In this document: positions 13,389 through 26,459 of the stretch, in pieces
How the letters are laid out: the number at the start of each line of letters is the position of its first letter
Numbering within the stretch: position 1 is the first letter of the stretch
Assembly (NCBI GenBank): GCA_030704615.1
Contig: CM060732.1
Location: forward strand, 35,712,001 to 35,776,000
Length of the DNA stretch: 64,000 nt
Direction: 5' to 3'
From: Takakia lepidozioides
Lineage: Eukaryota; Plantae; Bryophyta
Notes under the pieces: generated by a model
What the model saw: only the letters and a program-made list of their open reading frames with translations
What the model was told of the DNA's origin: nothing
Databases searched by the model: none
Translations under genes and position numbers: made by a program

Positions 13389-14517
13389 TCAATAGCTACC
13401 TCGCTTGTGTTTTTCCTCACCCACCAGCATGAATCTGTCTCCTGCAACGCGCTCTCTCTCGTTGTAGGCTGAGTAGTTGCCTGATTTCGAAAGAATCTAC
13501 TCTAGCAGGGCTCTACGGTTTGTTGCCCGATTTCATCCATTCAAATTTTGGATGAAAAAACTTATCATCCACCCCTAAACGTTTTCCTCACATTTTTATT
13601 TTTTTTTACACCAGGAACGTCATAAACGACGTTCTCCTAAGTCTCTTAGGACGTTCACGGTGACGGGGCCGGAATGGAGGAATGGATATCTAGGTTAGAT
13701 ATAGATTTTTAAAAAGACTTTCTAATGGAGTACCGTACAATCTGCCAATCTAATTGACGAATCAGGGACGAGATCAGATGCGATTGCAATAGACTCGACG
13801 TTCTCATGCAGAGGAGATTTATGAAGACTTTCAGCTCGATCACAGGGTTCAACACCAAAACAATCATGAAAGAAATTTCATAATGATAAAGGTCCAATGT
13901 AGGATCCCCGTGGCACTATTTCATAATCAAGGAGTTGTAAGCTAATTCAGTAAATTGCATGTTATCAATCTCCCGTCCAGTTATACAAACAACTAATTAA
14001 AGGGCAAAATGGTGCAAAAGCATTTGTGTCTGGCTGTCTCTGAACCCCTCATTTGTACATCAATCAAGACAATGTGATCTTTCGACAAAATTTTCTAGGT
14101 AGCTTTTACAATGTGAGGATCCGCCTCTGCAACAGCCTTCTGCGCCAGGTTTCTCAGATTGAAAATGTTCTTATATCTCCCGGTGAAGTCTCATACTCCG
14201 GTCCAGTATAGATCCTCTATGACGCTCAATAGCCACCTTTCACTTCAATACAATGTGGATTTTTTTACTCTGTATTTGACTCATTTTTTAGTCGTTTGCG
14301 ATATTTTTACTCCCAGCCTGCAAAGTCAAACAAACGTCAAGTCGATTCAGTCAAACAGTCGAATCGAGGTACCAGGTTCTGATATTGAAATGTGACAGTA
14401 AAACATGGGGGTGACGTGTAGTAAAGTGATTGTACCACAGTATGATGTGGATGAGACGTGGCTATGACGTGTAGTAAAGTGGTTTAACTGCATTATGAGG
14501 TGGATGCATGACGTGTA

Positions 14518-14582
14518 GTATATATATACATAAATAAAAAATATATATACATACATATTTATATATAAGTATATATATATAT
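14518..14582. repeat. AT-rich microsatellite-like tract
   Basis: Interrupted (TA)n. Confidence 0.7.
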
Positions 14583-14989
14583 GAATTGGGAAGGCTTTTT
14601 GTTTAATATTTGGTTTTATTATTTTTGTTTATTACTATTATTTTGTTTTTTCATTTTATATCTATATAAATGTGAATCAGTGAATTTTGTATTTAAATTT
14701 TTTTGATTCGCTGCACTGCATTGAAAATATATTACAAATACAACAAAACATAGAATACAAATACATGGCAGGAACCAAAAACATTCTAGAAGGCTCAAAA
14801 CTGGTTTATATCAAGAGTGTTTTTAAAACAAGTTTTGGCCACATTCTACATATGACCAACATGAGGGCCATGTTGCTCTATCCATAGATCACTGCCCAAG
14901 TGAAGTCACTCAGTAAGGAAAATCTGTTGTGCAGCTAGGTAAAGCACTATCGTGGACATGTCAAGAGAACATCAGAAATCATTGCGAGA

Positions 14990-15135
14990 TTGAATTCAGG
15001 AACTTGTAGATCTTGAGAATGGTGATGTCAACTACCATGTCACCCAAAGTGACATCCACTTGATCCAGGGTTGCCTTCACATACATATCCACCAAGGCAG
15101 TGTATGGTGATACAATTCCAGCTTTGAGGATGTCA
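14990..15135 (-). pseudogene. Distal end of the minus-strand PPR pseudogene interrupted by the CACTA element
   Basis: Minus strand gives DILKAGIVSPYTALVDMY, which continues the PPR sequence that stops at 26460 (..VHG). Confidence 0.7.
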
Positions 15136-15526
15136 CACTAGAAGCATTCGTGTCTTTTCCGAATCGACTGGGTGTCCGCCAACCACTCCAGGAACCACTT
15201 GGCAGTAAGCGGGACTACTAGAGAGTGAAACGGACAATGTGGGCCCACGGGGGCATTTCAAACGGCGGGCAAAAGTGGGGCCTACGACTCCGGAGTCGTA
15301 GCAAAAATTCGGACTATTTAATTAATTACGTAAATACATAAAATTTGAAAAAGCGGAAATTACAAGTGGTTCTAATTACTGCACATGCGACTAGAAATTT
15401 TCATTCATAATTTGATTAATGAAATAAAGATATTTATTCATTAAAGTGAATACGTAGTCGACTCAACTACTCCATGAACCACTGCGCATTGATTGCACCT
15501 GTGATTCGGGGCCACATTTGTTGACA

Positions 15527-18500
15527 TGTGTTTCACAAGAACAGGCAAACAAAATCTGGCCTTTGGGGGTTGCATATTTTTAATATGTACTGCCTCCACC
15601 TGGAAGTGACATGGAAGGTCCATGGTGACATCGTGAAAGCTGGCATTGTAGGGTTTGCTATTATGAACACCGCCGTGGTGGACATGTATGCCGAATGCGG
15701 GAGCATTGAAGATGTGAAGGTAGTGTTCGACTGTGGCTCAACGAGATGTGGTCTCGTGGAGTGCGATGATCGCATTGGCAACAATGCAAGGATGTATGCA
15801 TGATTTGTGCAGAGGCAGTGATAGCTGAAGGAGCAGGATAGAGTGTGGGTCCATATTAGGGTCGGATTTCAAGCTCCAGATTACCTATGGATCCCTGTGG
15901 AAGGATAGCTACAAGAAACCTCCATGGGTAGATGGTTAGTTGGAAGCGGCAGCTATAGCGGCACAGTTGATAAAATCAAGCACCTCAACCATGACCACAG
16001 CTTCTGGAAGAGGATCAAGAGAGGGAGTCCACAATGCCTCTTCTGGCACTTATGGGCATGTAAAGATGCTTTATGAGGCAGGCAGACTGAAAGATGCTCT
16101 ACAGACTTTAAACCAAAGAGGCATTTCAGCAGATGTAGATACGTATGTGTGTCTTGCCTAAGTGCATCAAGATGAAAGGCCTAGAAGTTGGAAAGCAGGT
16201 GCACACTCACATTGTCCAAAGTGGATTCACGCCGAACGTTTTTCTACTCAACAACCTTGTCAACATGTATGTTAAGGGATGGATGATCACCAAGTGTTCA
16301 AGACAAAATGCCTCAACGATCTTTGATCACATGGAATATAATGTTGGCAGGATTACCAAGCATGGGCGTGGTACGAATGCTTTGGAGACCTGTGAGCATA
16401 TGATGCGCGAAGGGGTGAAGCCCAACCACATCGCGTTTGTATGTGTTTGCAATGCGTGTGCAAGCCTGGAAAAGGGGAACGAGGTCCATGGTGACATCGG
16501 TCAAAGCTGGAATTGCACCAGATGTCATTCTGAACACTGCCCTGACCTGGACATGTATGCCAAATGTGGATGCATTGAGGATGCAAAGGGAGTTTTCGAC
16601 TCTCTGGCTGAACGAGATGTGGTGTTGTGGAGTGCGATGCTTGCAGGGTATGCACAACAGGGACGTGGGATGGAGGCTTTGGAGACCTATGATCAAATGA
16701 TGGGGGAGGGGGTGAAGACCGGCCACTTTGTGTGCATTTGCAATGCTTGTGCAAGCCTGGCAGCCCTAGACAAGGGCAAAGAGGTGCATGGGGATATCAT
16801 CAAAGCTGGAATTGTACTAAATGTCATTCTGAACACTGCCCTGGCAGCTCTGGAAAAGGGGAAAGAGGTCTTTGGCAACATCTTCAGAGCTGGAATTGTA
16901 CCAAATGTCATTCTGAACCATACCCTGGTGGACATGTATGCGAAATGTGGGTGCATCGAGCCTGGACAAGGGCAAAGAGGTGCATGGGGTATCATCAAAG
17001 CTGGAATTGTACCAAATGTCATTATGAACACTGCCTGGCAGCTCTGGATAAGGGAAAAGAGGTCCATGGCGACATCTTCAGAGCTGGAATTGTACCAAAT
17101 GTCATTCTGAACCATATCCTGGTGGACATGTATGCAAAATGTGGGTGCATTGAGCCCTAGACAAGGGCAAAGAGGTGCATGGGGTATCATCAAAGCTGGA
17201 ATTGTACCAAATGTCATTATGAACACTGCCCTGGCAGCTCTGGAAAAGGGGAAAGAGGTCCATGGCGACATCTTCAGAGCTGGAATTGTACCAAATGTCA
17301 TTCTGAACCATACCCTGGTGGACATGTATGCAAAATGTGGGTGCATCTAGGATGCAAAGGGAGTGTTCGACACTATGGCTGAACGAGATGTGGTGTCGTG
17401 GAGTGCGATGCTTGTAGGGTATACACGGCAGGGACGTGGGATGGAGGCTTTGGAGAGCTATGAGCAAATGATGGGGGAAGCACATCATGTTTGTGTGCAT
17501 TTGCAATGCTCGTGCAAGCCTAGCAGCCCTGGAGAAGGGAAATAGGTGCATGCCATGACATCAAAGCTGGAATTGTGCCAAATGTCAATCTGAACACTGC
17601 CCTGGCAGCTTTGGAAAAGGGGAAAGAGGTCCATGGCGACATCTTCAGAGCTGGAATTGTACCAGATGACATTTTGAACAATACCCTGGTGAACATGTTT
17701 GCAAAATGTGGGTGCATCTAGGATGCAAAGGGAGTGTTCGAAACTATGGCTGAACGAGATGTGGTGTCGTGGAGTGCGATGCTTGCAGGGTATGCACGGC
17801 AGGGACGTGGGATGGAGGCTTTGGAGAGCTATGAGCAAATGATGGGGGAAGCACATCATGTTTGTGTGCATTTGCAATGTGCGTGCAAGCCTGGCAGCCC
17901 TGGAGAAGGGCAAGAGGTGCATGGGGATATCATCAAAGCTGGAATTGTACCAAATGTCAATTTGAACACTGCCCTGGCAGCATTGGAAATGGGGAAAGAG
18001 GTCCATGGCGACATCTTTAGAGCTGGAATTGTACCAGATGATATTCTGAACAATACCCTGGTGGACATGTTTGCAAAATGTGGGTGCATCTAGGATGCAC
18101 AGGGAGTGTTCGACACTATGGCTGAACGACATGTGGTGTCGTGGAGTGCGATATGATGTGCTTGCAGGGTATGCACAGCAGGGATGTGGAATGGAGGCTT
18201 TGGAGACCTATGAGCAAATGATGGGGGAAGCACATCATGTTTGTGTGCATTCGCAATGCTTGTGCAAGCCTGGCAGCTGGCTTGGAGAAGGGCAAAGAGG
18301 TGCATGGGGATATCATCAAAGCTGGAATCTGAACACTGCCCTGGCAGCTTTGGAAAAGGGGAAAGAGGTCCACATGGCGACATCTTCAGAGTTGGACTTG
18401 TACCAAGGTGAATGCCTGTCAGATTACCAGATGCAAAGAGGTGCATGGTTGCATCGCCAAAGGCAGCAGCTGCAGCGACACAGTTGATAAAGTCAGGCAC

Positions 18501-21500
18501 CTCAACCATGACGACAGCTTCTGGAAGAGGATCAAGAGAGGGAGTCCACAATGCCTCTTCTGGTATTTATGGGCATGTGAATATGCTTTGTGAGCTGAAA
18601 GAGGCTCTACCGACTTTAAACCAAGGAGGCATTTCAGCAGATTCAGATACGCATGTTTGTCTCTTGCATATGTGCATCAAGATGAAAGGCCTTAAGCTAG
18701 AAAACAGGTGCACACTCACATTATCCAAAGTGCACGCCAAATATTTTTCTACTCAACACCCTTGTCAACATGTATGTTATGTGCGGGGCATCATGGATGC
18801 TCACCAAGTGTTCAACAGAATGCCTCAACGATCTTTCATCGAACACGATGCTTGCAGGGTGTGCACAGCAGGGGCGTGGTATGGAGGCCTTGGAGAATGT
18901 GGTGAGGGCACCTTCTTCTTCGACCTATTTCAGCCTGTTTTTCCCTCTCATCAGACTCGGCCCTGAATTTACATATTGAATTGTCAAGGACAATGTGGTG
19001 AGGGCACCTTCTTCTTCGATCTATTTCAGCCTGTTTTGCCCTCTCATCAGACTCGGCCGTGAGATGCATATTGAATTCTGTAAGTTAGCTCGTTGGGTGG
19101 ATCTGTGGTGCTTTGGAATGACTATGACAAGTAACTGCCGATGTGGCAGCAGGAAAGTATCCAAAACAGATAACAAAGATGAGGAGAAGGTGTGGAATGA
19201 ATACTTTGTTGACCCTAGTGAATGGTGGAACAACCGAGGCAAAAAGTTGAGTGCCTATTAGATGATAGAGAGTAGCAGACGCAATTCAGTATAGGAACTA
19301 GTGTGATTGGGTGTTTCCTAGGTTGTCATTGTCAACTGCTAGCAGCAAAGGCGATGAATGCATGATTTGTGCAGAGGCATGGATAGCTGAAGGAGAAGGT
19401 ATAGAGTGTGTGTCCAGATTCATCCAAGAGGGCCGGACTTCAAGCTCCAAATTACCTGTGATTCCATGTGGATCAATAGCTACAAGAAACCTAAATGGGT
19501 AGATGGTCAACTAAAGGCAACAGCTGCAGCGGCACAGTTGATAAAATCAGGCACGTCCTCAACCATGACCGCAGCTTCTGAAAGAGGATCAAAAGAGGGA
19601 GTCCACAATGCCTTTTCTGCGGGGCATGTGAAGATGCTTTGTGAGGCAGGCAGACTGACAAAGGCTCTAGGTCTGGAAGCTAGAATCAGGTACACACTCA
19701 CATTATCCAAAGTGGATTCATGCCAAATGTTTTTTCTACTCAACACCCTTGTCAACATGTATGTTAAGTGTGGGAGCATCATGGATGCTCGCCGAGATTT
19801 CTACAGAATGCCTCAGCGATCTTTGATCATGTGGAATATAATGTTGGCAGGATTTACCAAGCATGGGTGTGGTAGGAATGCTTTGGCGACCTATGAGCAA
19901 ATGTTGCGCAAAGGGGTGAAGCCCAACCACATCACGCTTGCGCATGTTTGCAATGTGTGTGCAAGCCTGGGACCTCTGGAAAAGGGGAAAGAGGTCCATG
20001 GTGACATCGTCAAAGCTGGAATTGTACCAGATGTCATCCTGAACACTCCCCTGGTAGACGTCTATGCCAAATGTGGGTGCATTAAGGATGCGAAGGGAGT
20101 TTTCAACACTATGGCTGAACCAAATGTGGTGTCATGGAACGCGATGCTTGCAGGGTATACACAGCAGGGACATGGTATGGAGGCTTTGGAGACCTTGATC
20201 AAATGATGGGGGAAGGGGGGGCACCTTCTTCAATAGCACAACGGCTACAAGTGGGTAGATGGTCAACTAGAAACAGCAATGGCAGCAACACAATTGATAG
20301 AACAAGGCCCACTGCTAATGAAGGTACCTTCTTCAACATATTTCACCCTGTTTTCCCTTGCTATCAGAGTCGTCCCTAAGTTTTCATGTTGAATTCTACA
20401 AGTTAGCTCGTTGGTGGATCTATGGTGGTGTTGGAGTGATTTTGACATATTACTGCCAATGTGGTCGACAGGAAAGTATCGAAAAACAGATAATAGAGAT
20501 GTAGATAAGCTCTGGAATGAATACGGTTTCAACCCCAGTCAATGGTGGAACAATCCAGGCAAAAAGGTGAATGCCTATTGGAAGCAGACGCAAGTCAGCA
20601 TAGGAACTAGTTTGATAAGTAGGGTTGGGGTGTTTGCTGGAACAATTCTAGGGTGTTATTGTCAGCTGCTAGCATCAAGGCAAGGATGTATGCATGATTT
20701 GTGCAGAGGCATGGATAGCTGAAGGAGCAAGGAGCAGTGTGGGTCCAGATTCATCCAAGAAGGCCGGATTTCAAGCTCCAGATTGCCTACAATTCCCTGT
20801 GGAAGCCGCACACACCTCGCACACACAAGTCCTCTTGGGTGCATGGTCAGTCAAATCCTCCATGGGTCATGACACAAGGTCGAGGACAATGTGGTGAAGG
20901 CACCTTGTTCTTCGACCTATTTCAGCCTATTTTGCCATCTCATCAGACCCAGCCCTGAATTTACATATTGAATGCTGTAAGTTAGCTCGTTGGGTGGATG
21001 TGGGATGGTTTGGAGTGATTTTGACAAGTTACTACTGATGTGGCAGCAGGAAAGTACCCAGAAATAGATAACAAGATGAAGAGAAACTTTGGGATGAACA
21101 CTTTCCGACCCCAGTCGGTGGGGGGACAATGGAGACAAAAAGGTGAGTGCTTCTTCAACTACAGAGAGAAGCAGTTGCAATTCAGAATTGGAACTACTGT
21201 TAAGTCCTAGGTTGGGGTGTTTTCTGGAAGAACTTCACGCTGTCACTGTCAGCTGCTAGCAGCAAGGCTGAGGAATGTATTGATGATCTGTACACGGGCA
21301 GGGATAGCTGAGGGACCAGGGATAGAGGTCCAGATTCATGTTCAGGTTCAGGCTGAGGGATCAATAGCTACAAGAAATCAGCTGGAGTAGATGGTCAATT
21401 GTTGCAAGTGAAAACAGTAGCGGCAGCACAATTAATAGAATGAGGTGCTGCTAATGAAGGCACCTTCCTCAATACATTTCAGCCTGTTTTTTGAAATAGG

Positions 21501-22150
21501 GTTGGGGTGTAAGAACAAATCTAGGTTGTCATCATCAGCTGCTAGCAGCAAGACAATGATATATGCATGATTTGTGCAGAGGCATGGATGACGGAGCAGG
21601 GATAGAGTGTGGGTGCAGATTCACCCAAGAGGGCCGGGCTTCAAGCTCCAGATTGACTCTATAGATACAACAAACCTGCATGGGTAGATGGTCAACTGGC
21701 AGCAGCGGCACAATTTATAAAATCAGACACTGCTAATTAAGGCATATTCTTCAACACATTTCACCTTGTTTTTCCCTCTTATCAGAATCGGCCCTAAATT
21801 TCCATGTTGAATTCTGCAAGTTAGCTGGTTGAGTGAATCTAGTTTGGAGTGACTTTGACATGATATTGCCAATGTGACAACATGAAAGTATAAAAAAACA
21901 AGTAACAGAGATGAGGAGAAGTTGTGGAATGAATACTGTTCTACCCCAGTCAATGATGGGACAACCGAGGCAAAAAGGTGAATGCCTGAACGTTACATTT
22001 CATAGACTAGCAGACGCATTCAGCATAGGAACTAGTGTCAGAAGCTGAGTTGGATGTTTCCTAGAATAAATCTAGGCTGTCATTGTCAGCTACTAGCAGC
22101 AAGGCAAGGATGAATGCATGATTTGTGCAGAGGCATGTGTAGCCGAAGGA
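15527..22150 (+). pseudogene. Cluster of decayed PLS-class PPR gene copies with N-terminal OSB-type PDF motifs
   Basis: Repeated P-L-S triplets (KPNHITF..ACASL..GKEVHGDI..LVDMYAKCG..DVVSWSAMLAGYAQQG). PDF-motif exons WNEYF.DPS.WW.NRGKK | IHPRGPDFKL..LW..PxWV. Many stops and frameshifts; no E or DYW domain seen. Confidence 0.85.
16960..18400 (+). repeat. Internal tandem duplications of PPR-coding units (about 190 bp x2, about 372 bp x3)
   Basis: tgcatctaggatgca recurs at about 17342, 17713 and 18085. The unit at about 16960-17150 is repeated immediately after. Confidence 0.8.
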
Positions 22151-23059
22151 GCAAAGAGAGCACTACAAGAGATGAGCTCCCTCGCCTCTCTCCAAGGAAC
22201 CCCATTCCCCCTTCGCAAGCACACGTTGATGTCGACGTAGTTGTGATGCATGTCATCCGTGGGGGGATCTGTCCTGTCATCTATGAACTTGGCCCCATGA
22301 GTGATGGCAAACTCGGTAATGCCGGCCGGAGTCGTTTGTGGATGCACCCGGACGAGACAAACAGCTTCAAATAGACGAGTCTGCGAACATGACATCCACA
22401 AGGAACTAAGAAGCAAAAAAAAATCGGGCCCCTACATATGAGTTCGAGCGACCTATACAACCCCATCCGAGAACAACCAAGAAGAGGAAGAAGAAGGCAA
22501 ACTCACCATCTCTCCCGGACAATCCCCCTTCGTAAGGTACATGCTCATAAAAACAGCACTAGGTAGATGACTACAGAGCGCTGAAATGCATTGCAGTCAT
22601 AGTTTTATGACTTTGTAGTAATGGATATCACTACATGACTCTGGAAAGTTAGGGAGCATTGGTCAAAAATTGTTGACCATGATAACAGGGATGGTTTATA
22701 TGACTAGTGTGATATGTTTGACTACACGTGGACGACGTTTCATGGAATCTTATGACTCCATGACTGAAGATGGTTTCACAGCTCTATTTATACGACTACA
22801 TCACTACACGTGTCATTTTGAAGGCACATATAATGCAAATAAGGTTGCCCATTAGGTTTAAAAAAGTTAAAAAGTTGCTAATAAGGTTGCCCATTAGGGT
22901 AATCGTGAACAGAAAGGAGGGCTGGGACTTGGCGTTTTTTTGTCTCCTGTGCCACACCACATAGCCGAGGGATGGAACGCGATGATAGCAAGATATGCAG
23001 GGGCGTGGGATGGAGGCGTTGAGCAAATGATGCACGAAGGAGAAGAGGAGGAGGAGAGG

Positions 23060-25303
23060 AGATGAGGAGAAGCGAGCTCGCCGTTCTTGGGAGAGTCAGC
23101 TTGGTCTTAGCAGGCGTGTTTCAATCTCTGACTATGGCTTGGGGGAGCACGGAGGGAAGGGGCAACCACTCTAGTCCTGCTCCATAATGACTACATTTTT
23201 AACTGTGTATGCCTGGGCATGCTTGGAAAGCAGGAACAATTAAATTTGTGTATCTTGACCATCAAGTATGTTGTAGGTGGGAGGGAGGGTGACGTCGATT
23301 CAACAGCTATTCCATGTCACAAGAAACGTACTCTTTCCAACAGACCTCTGTCTGATGGAGCTACTCAGGGTACAGGAACTGAGGATATTAAGAACTCGAA
23401 AACTGATAGCGAGCTATTGTCACAGCCCAATCCATGTGACTTCAACAACATAGTCAAGGAGCAGAGAGAGGTGGACACTGGAGTCAGCAACTGTAATGTA
23501 CTGGACAAAGCTTCTAAGGAGCTGGAAACCAGACTTCACAAGCCAGGAGGAGATACCTTTGACTCCCTCAATGGTTGTCCTTCAGGAGAACCAGATATGT
23601 CCCTGTAGATTTCTGCCAACCCAGTTAGAGTACGCAAGAAACCCTCAGTTCAGAGTATCAATCAGGTCTCCGTCCCTGCTTCTAATCCAGTCCGGCACAA
23701 GAAGTTCGTTGAAAAGTTATTGGCCCGCAGCGACCAGAATGGTGTGGTGCAGGAGGCCTGGTATGGAAAGCCGTCCTTGGGAAAAGTGACTTACACCCCT
23801 CTTGAGCAGCAAGTGGTGGAACTCAAGGCCAGGTACATACCCTCTTCCTAATAGTCAGAACATTCCTCTGGGACTCTTTAGCCAAGTTCATATTTGAGGA
23901 GTGTTTTATTGCCCTTTGAACTTGCAGTTACTTTAAAGAGAGAATATATGTTTCATATCGTTGGCCCACTTTGCAGTTTTGTGAATGACCATGGAATAAA
24001 TAGACCCATGGACAAATACTGAGACAGACTGTTTCATTGGGTGATGTAGGTACCCAGATGTGGTGCTGCTAATTGAAGTGGGCTATAAGTTTTGGTTCTT
24101 TGGAGGTGATGCAGAGACAACCGCGCATGTGCTGGGCATCTTTGCCCACTATGACCACAACTTTCTCACAACAAGCATTCCCACTTTCAGACTTCATGTG
24201 CATGTGCGGCGCCTTGTGGAATCTGGGTATAAAGTTGGGGTTGTCAAACAAACAGAGACAGCAGCAATCAAAGCACACGGGGCAAACAAAACTGGGCCTT
24301 TCACCCGTAATCTCTCGGCCCTCTACACCCGGGCAACCCTTGAGGCTGTTGAAGATCTAGGAGGAGAGACACAGGGAAGGGTTGGGCGCTTGAGTACCTA
24401 TCTCATGTGCATTGCAGAACAGCCATTATTGCATGGCTGGAGCCCTAACAAGGCACATGTTGGCCTGCCCGGAAGAATGGGTGAGATGGCTGCTGCTGAA
24501 GAGGGGGGGCGAGTTGGGTTAAAAGGAGACAGAAAAACAAGCAGTTTTGATACACGGTTTGGGGTTGTGGCTGTAGAGACTGCAACAGGGGATGTTATGT
24601 ATGGAGATTTTAAGGACACGGTGATGCGGACTGAGCTGGAGGCACGGTTGCTGACATGTTCCCCAGCTGAGCTCCTCCTTGCAACACCTCTGGCTTCAGC
24701 AACTAAAAAGGTGGGTATACCGCGTTGCTGTTGCAATTATTCCTACTCTTTTGTGGTTTTGTGTATAAGGGATTTGGGAGCTTGTGCATGGCAGTAAGAA
24801 GAAGTTTGTTGATGTTCTTAAGTGCATTTGTGGGTGTAGCTTTTGATGGAATTTGCAGGGCCTGCCTCAGAGGTTCGTGTTGAACGCATGCCACGTGATT
24901 GCTTCAAAGACGGGGGAGCTGTTGCTGAGGTGGTCGCTTTTTATGGAAGCCAGTCCAATCAAAACTCAAGTGTGGTAGGCATTGCTTCAGTGGGAGAAAT
25001 GTCCCCCAAAGAGGAGAAGGTGGATGAAGGCTTGTAGGTGAGCTGGGCACAATAAATCCTCTCCATGTCTTCCTCTGATACGTGCCTCTTGCCCTCCCTG
25101 CTTGCATTTTGTAACTGGATGGATGTTCTTGGGATGCAGGCAGTGATGGCAATGCCAGACATAGTTGTGCAAGCATTGGCACTCGCTTTGCGCTACCTTA
25201 AACAGTTTGGACTCGAGAAAGTCCTATGTTTGGGGGCTTCATTTTGTCCTTTTGCTGGGCAGAATGAGATGAGCCTTTCACCAAACACTCTCCGCCAGCT
25301 CGA
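23060..25303 (+). pseudogene. MSH3: 5' fragment of DNA mismatch-repair gene MSH3, with introns
   Basis: TPLEQQVVELKAR|YPDVVLLIEVGYKF..SIPTFRLHVHVRRLV..KQTETAAIKAHG..PFTRNLSALYT..; FGVVAVETATGDVMY..; LSPNTLRQLE. Stop TAG at 25035-25037 at a splice donor. It ends before the core and ATPase domains. Confidence 0.9.
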
Positions 25304-26459
25304 GGTTTGTTCCAGAGTATTGCTTAATAGGTTGAGGTTTGTCTGGGCAGACAACCAGCGTGGCCAGCCACTTGTCTTATTCTTAAATGTTTCTGATGGC
25401 TCCCCCTGCAATAATGGATAGTAATCCAACCCCATAAATGCATGGCACACAAAGTTGCTTGATATTGAGGTGACCTCTTACAGAAATTATTTTGTCAGAT
25501 AGTTAAACAATCTGTTAAATCCCCAGCAGTGAGGGACAAAAAACTGGGACATCAGTTGGATGCTACAATGAGGAAAATATAAGTTTGGCTTCTTCCTCAC
25601 TTTTGTCACCCTCTCCCATGAATATCTCTGGTTGGCGCTCAAACCCTGCTGAGCTGTAGATGTTGTCCATGCCAATGCATTCTTCTTCACCAAATCCATG
25701 TTTTTGCCCTAAATCCTTGATGTCTTGGCTGGATTTCTGCAGAATAGGCATCCCATCCCCTATTTTGGCCTTCTTTGCACTTCCCCTTGTCAACATGTTG
25801 ATGTGGGGTGTTGTTGTAGTCTTATTGGAGTGTGATCACTTATATGGTATATCTCGTCCAACTCATCCAGTGCCTCCAGCTCATTATGAGTGAACTGACA
25901 TGATACTTGTGCTGTTGGCTGCATCATGTACTCCGTGCTTGGCAGTGGGTAAGCTTCTCCTTCTTCCACGTACTCATTGATCACTGCAAAAGGTACTCCA
26001 TACATCTTCCCTTGAGGTCCTGCCCCTTTTTTTGCTTCTGTGATTGATTCAGCTTTGCTGAAAGTTTGCCAAGACCCATGTTGGGTTAGCGTGTGATGTG
26101 ACGACTGTGTCTCATGTTATTACAAATATTGCACAGTGTTCTTTGTTTGGGCCTTCTGATGCCTTGTCTGATGGACTCAGGTTTGTCAAAATCAACTTGT
26201 ATCCACTCTGCTTCCATGTTAGACACACAGACGACCTGCTTGGTTACGCCACGTGGTTCTTCAGTATTAATCGCAATAATCACTGAGCAGTTGTTCGCGC
26301 GTCTACGTCCTTTACCACTCCAATCATTGGATGTCCGACCCAACTTCCACGTCTGTTGTAACTAGTCGTTTGTAACTTCCAGTCGATCCCGGTTTTTTTA
26401 CTTTTATGACTCAAAATGAGTCGTTACCCCAGTGGTAAATGACACGAATGCTTCTAGTG

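Larger units (their letters stand above)
15136..26459. mobile_element. CACTA (En/Spm) element carrying host gene fragments (Pack-CACTA-like, 11.3 kb)
   Basis: Perfect 19-bp TIRs CACTAGAAGCATTCGTGTC (15136-15154) / GACACGAATGCTTCTAGTG (26441-26459). GACT/AGTC subterminal motifs. The flanks rejoin into one PPR sequence. The TSD is imperfect: tca on the left, ga-tca on the right. Confidence 0.8.

Noticed and set aside
10300-13675. Possible hAT termini (ccgtcaccgt / acggtgacgg)
   Set aside because: The match is short and no 8-bp TSD was found, so the boundaries were not called.
16145-17110. 321-aa PPR ORF as a functional gene
   Set aside because: It drifts in and out of the PPR frame, indicating frameshifts; there is no intact start and no E/DYW domain.
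17348-18093. Recurrent TAG codons as U-to-C editing sites
   Set aside because: The locus is nuclear, and the expected codon is GAG/AAG rather than CAG; a duplicated lesion explains them.
24060-25421. Functional MSH3
   Set aside because: It has a premature stop, lacks the C-terminal domains and lies inside CACTA TIRs.
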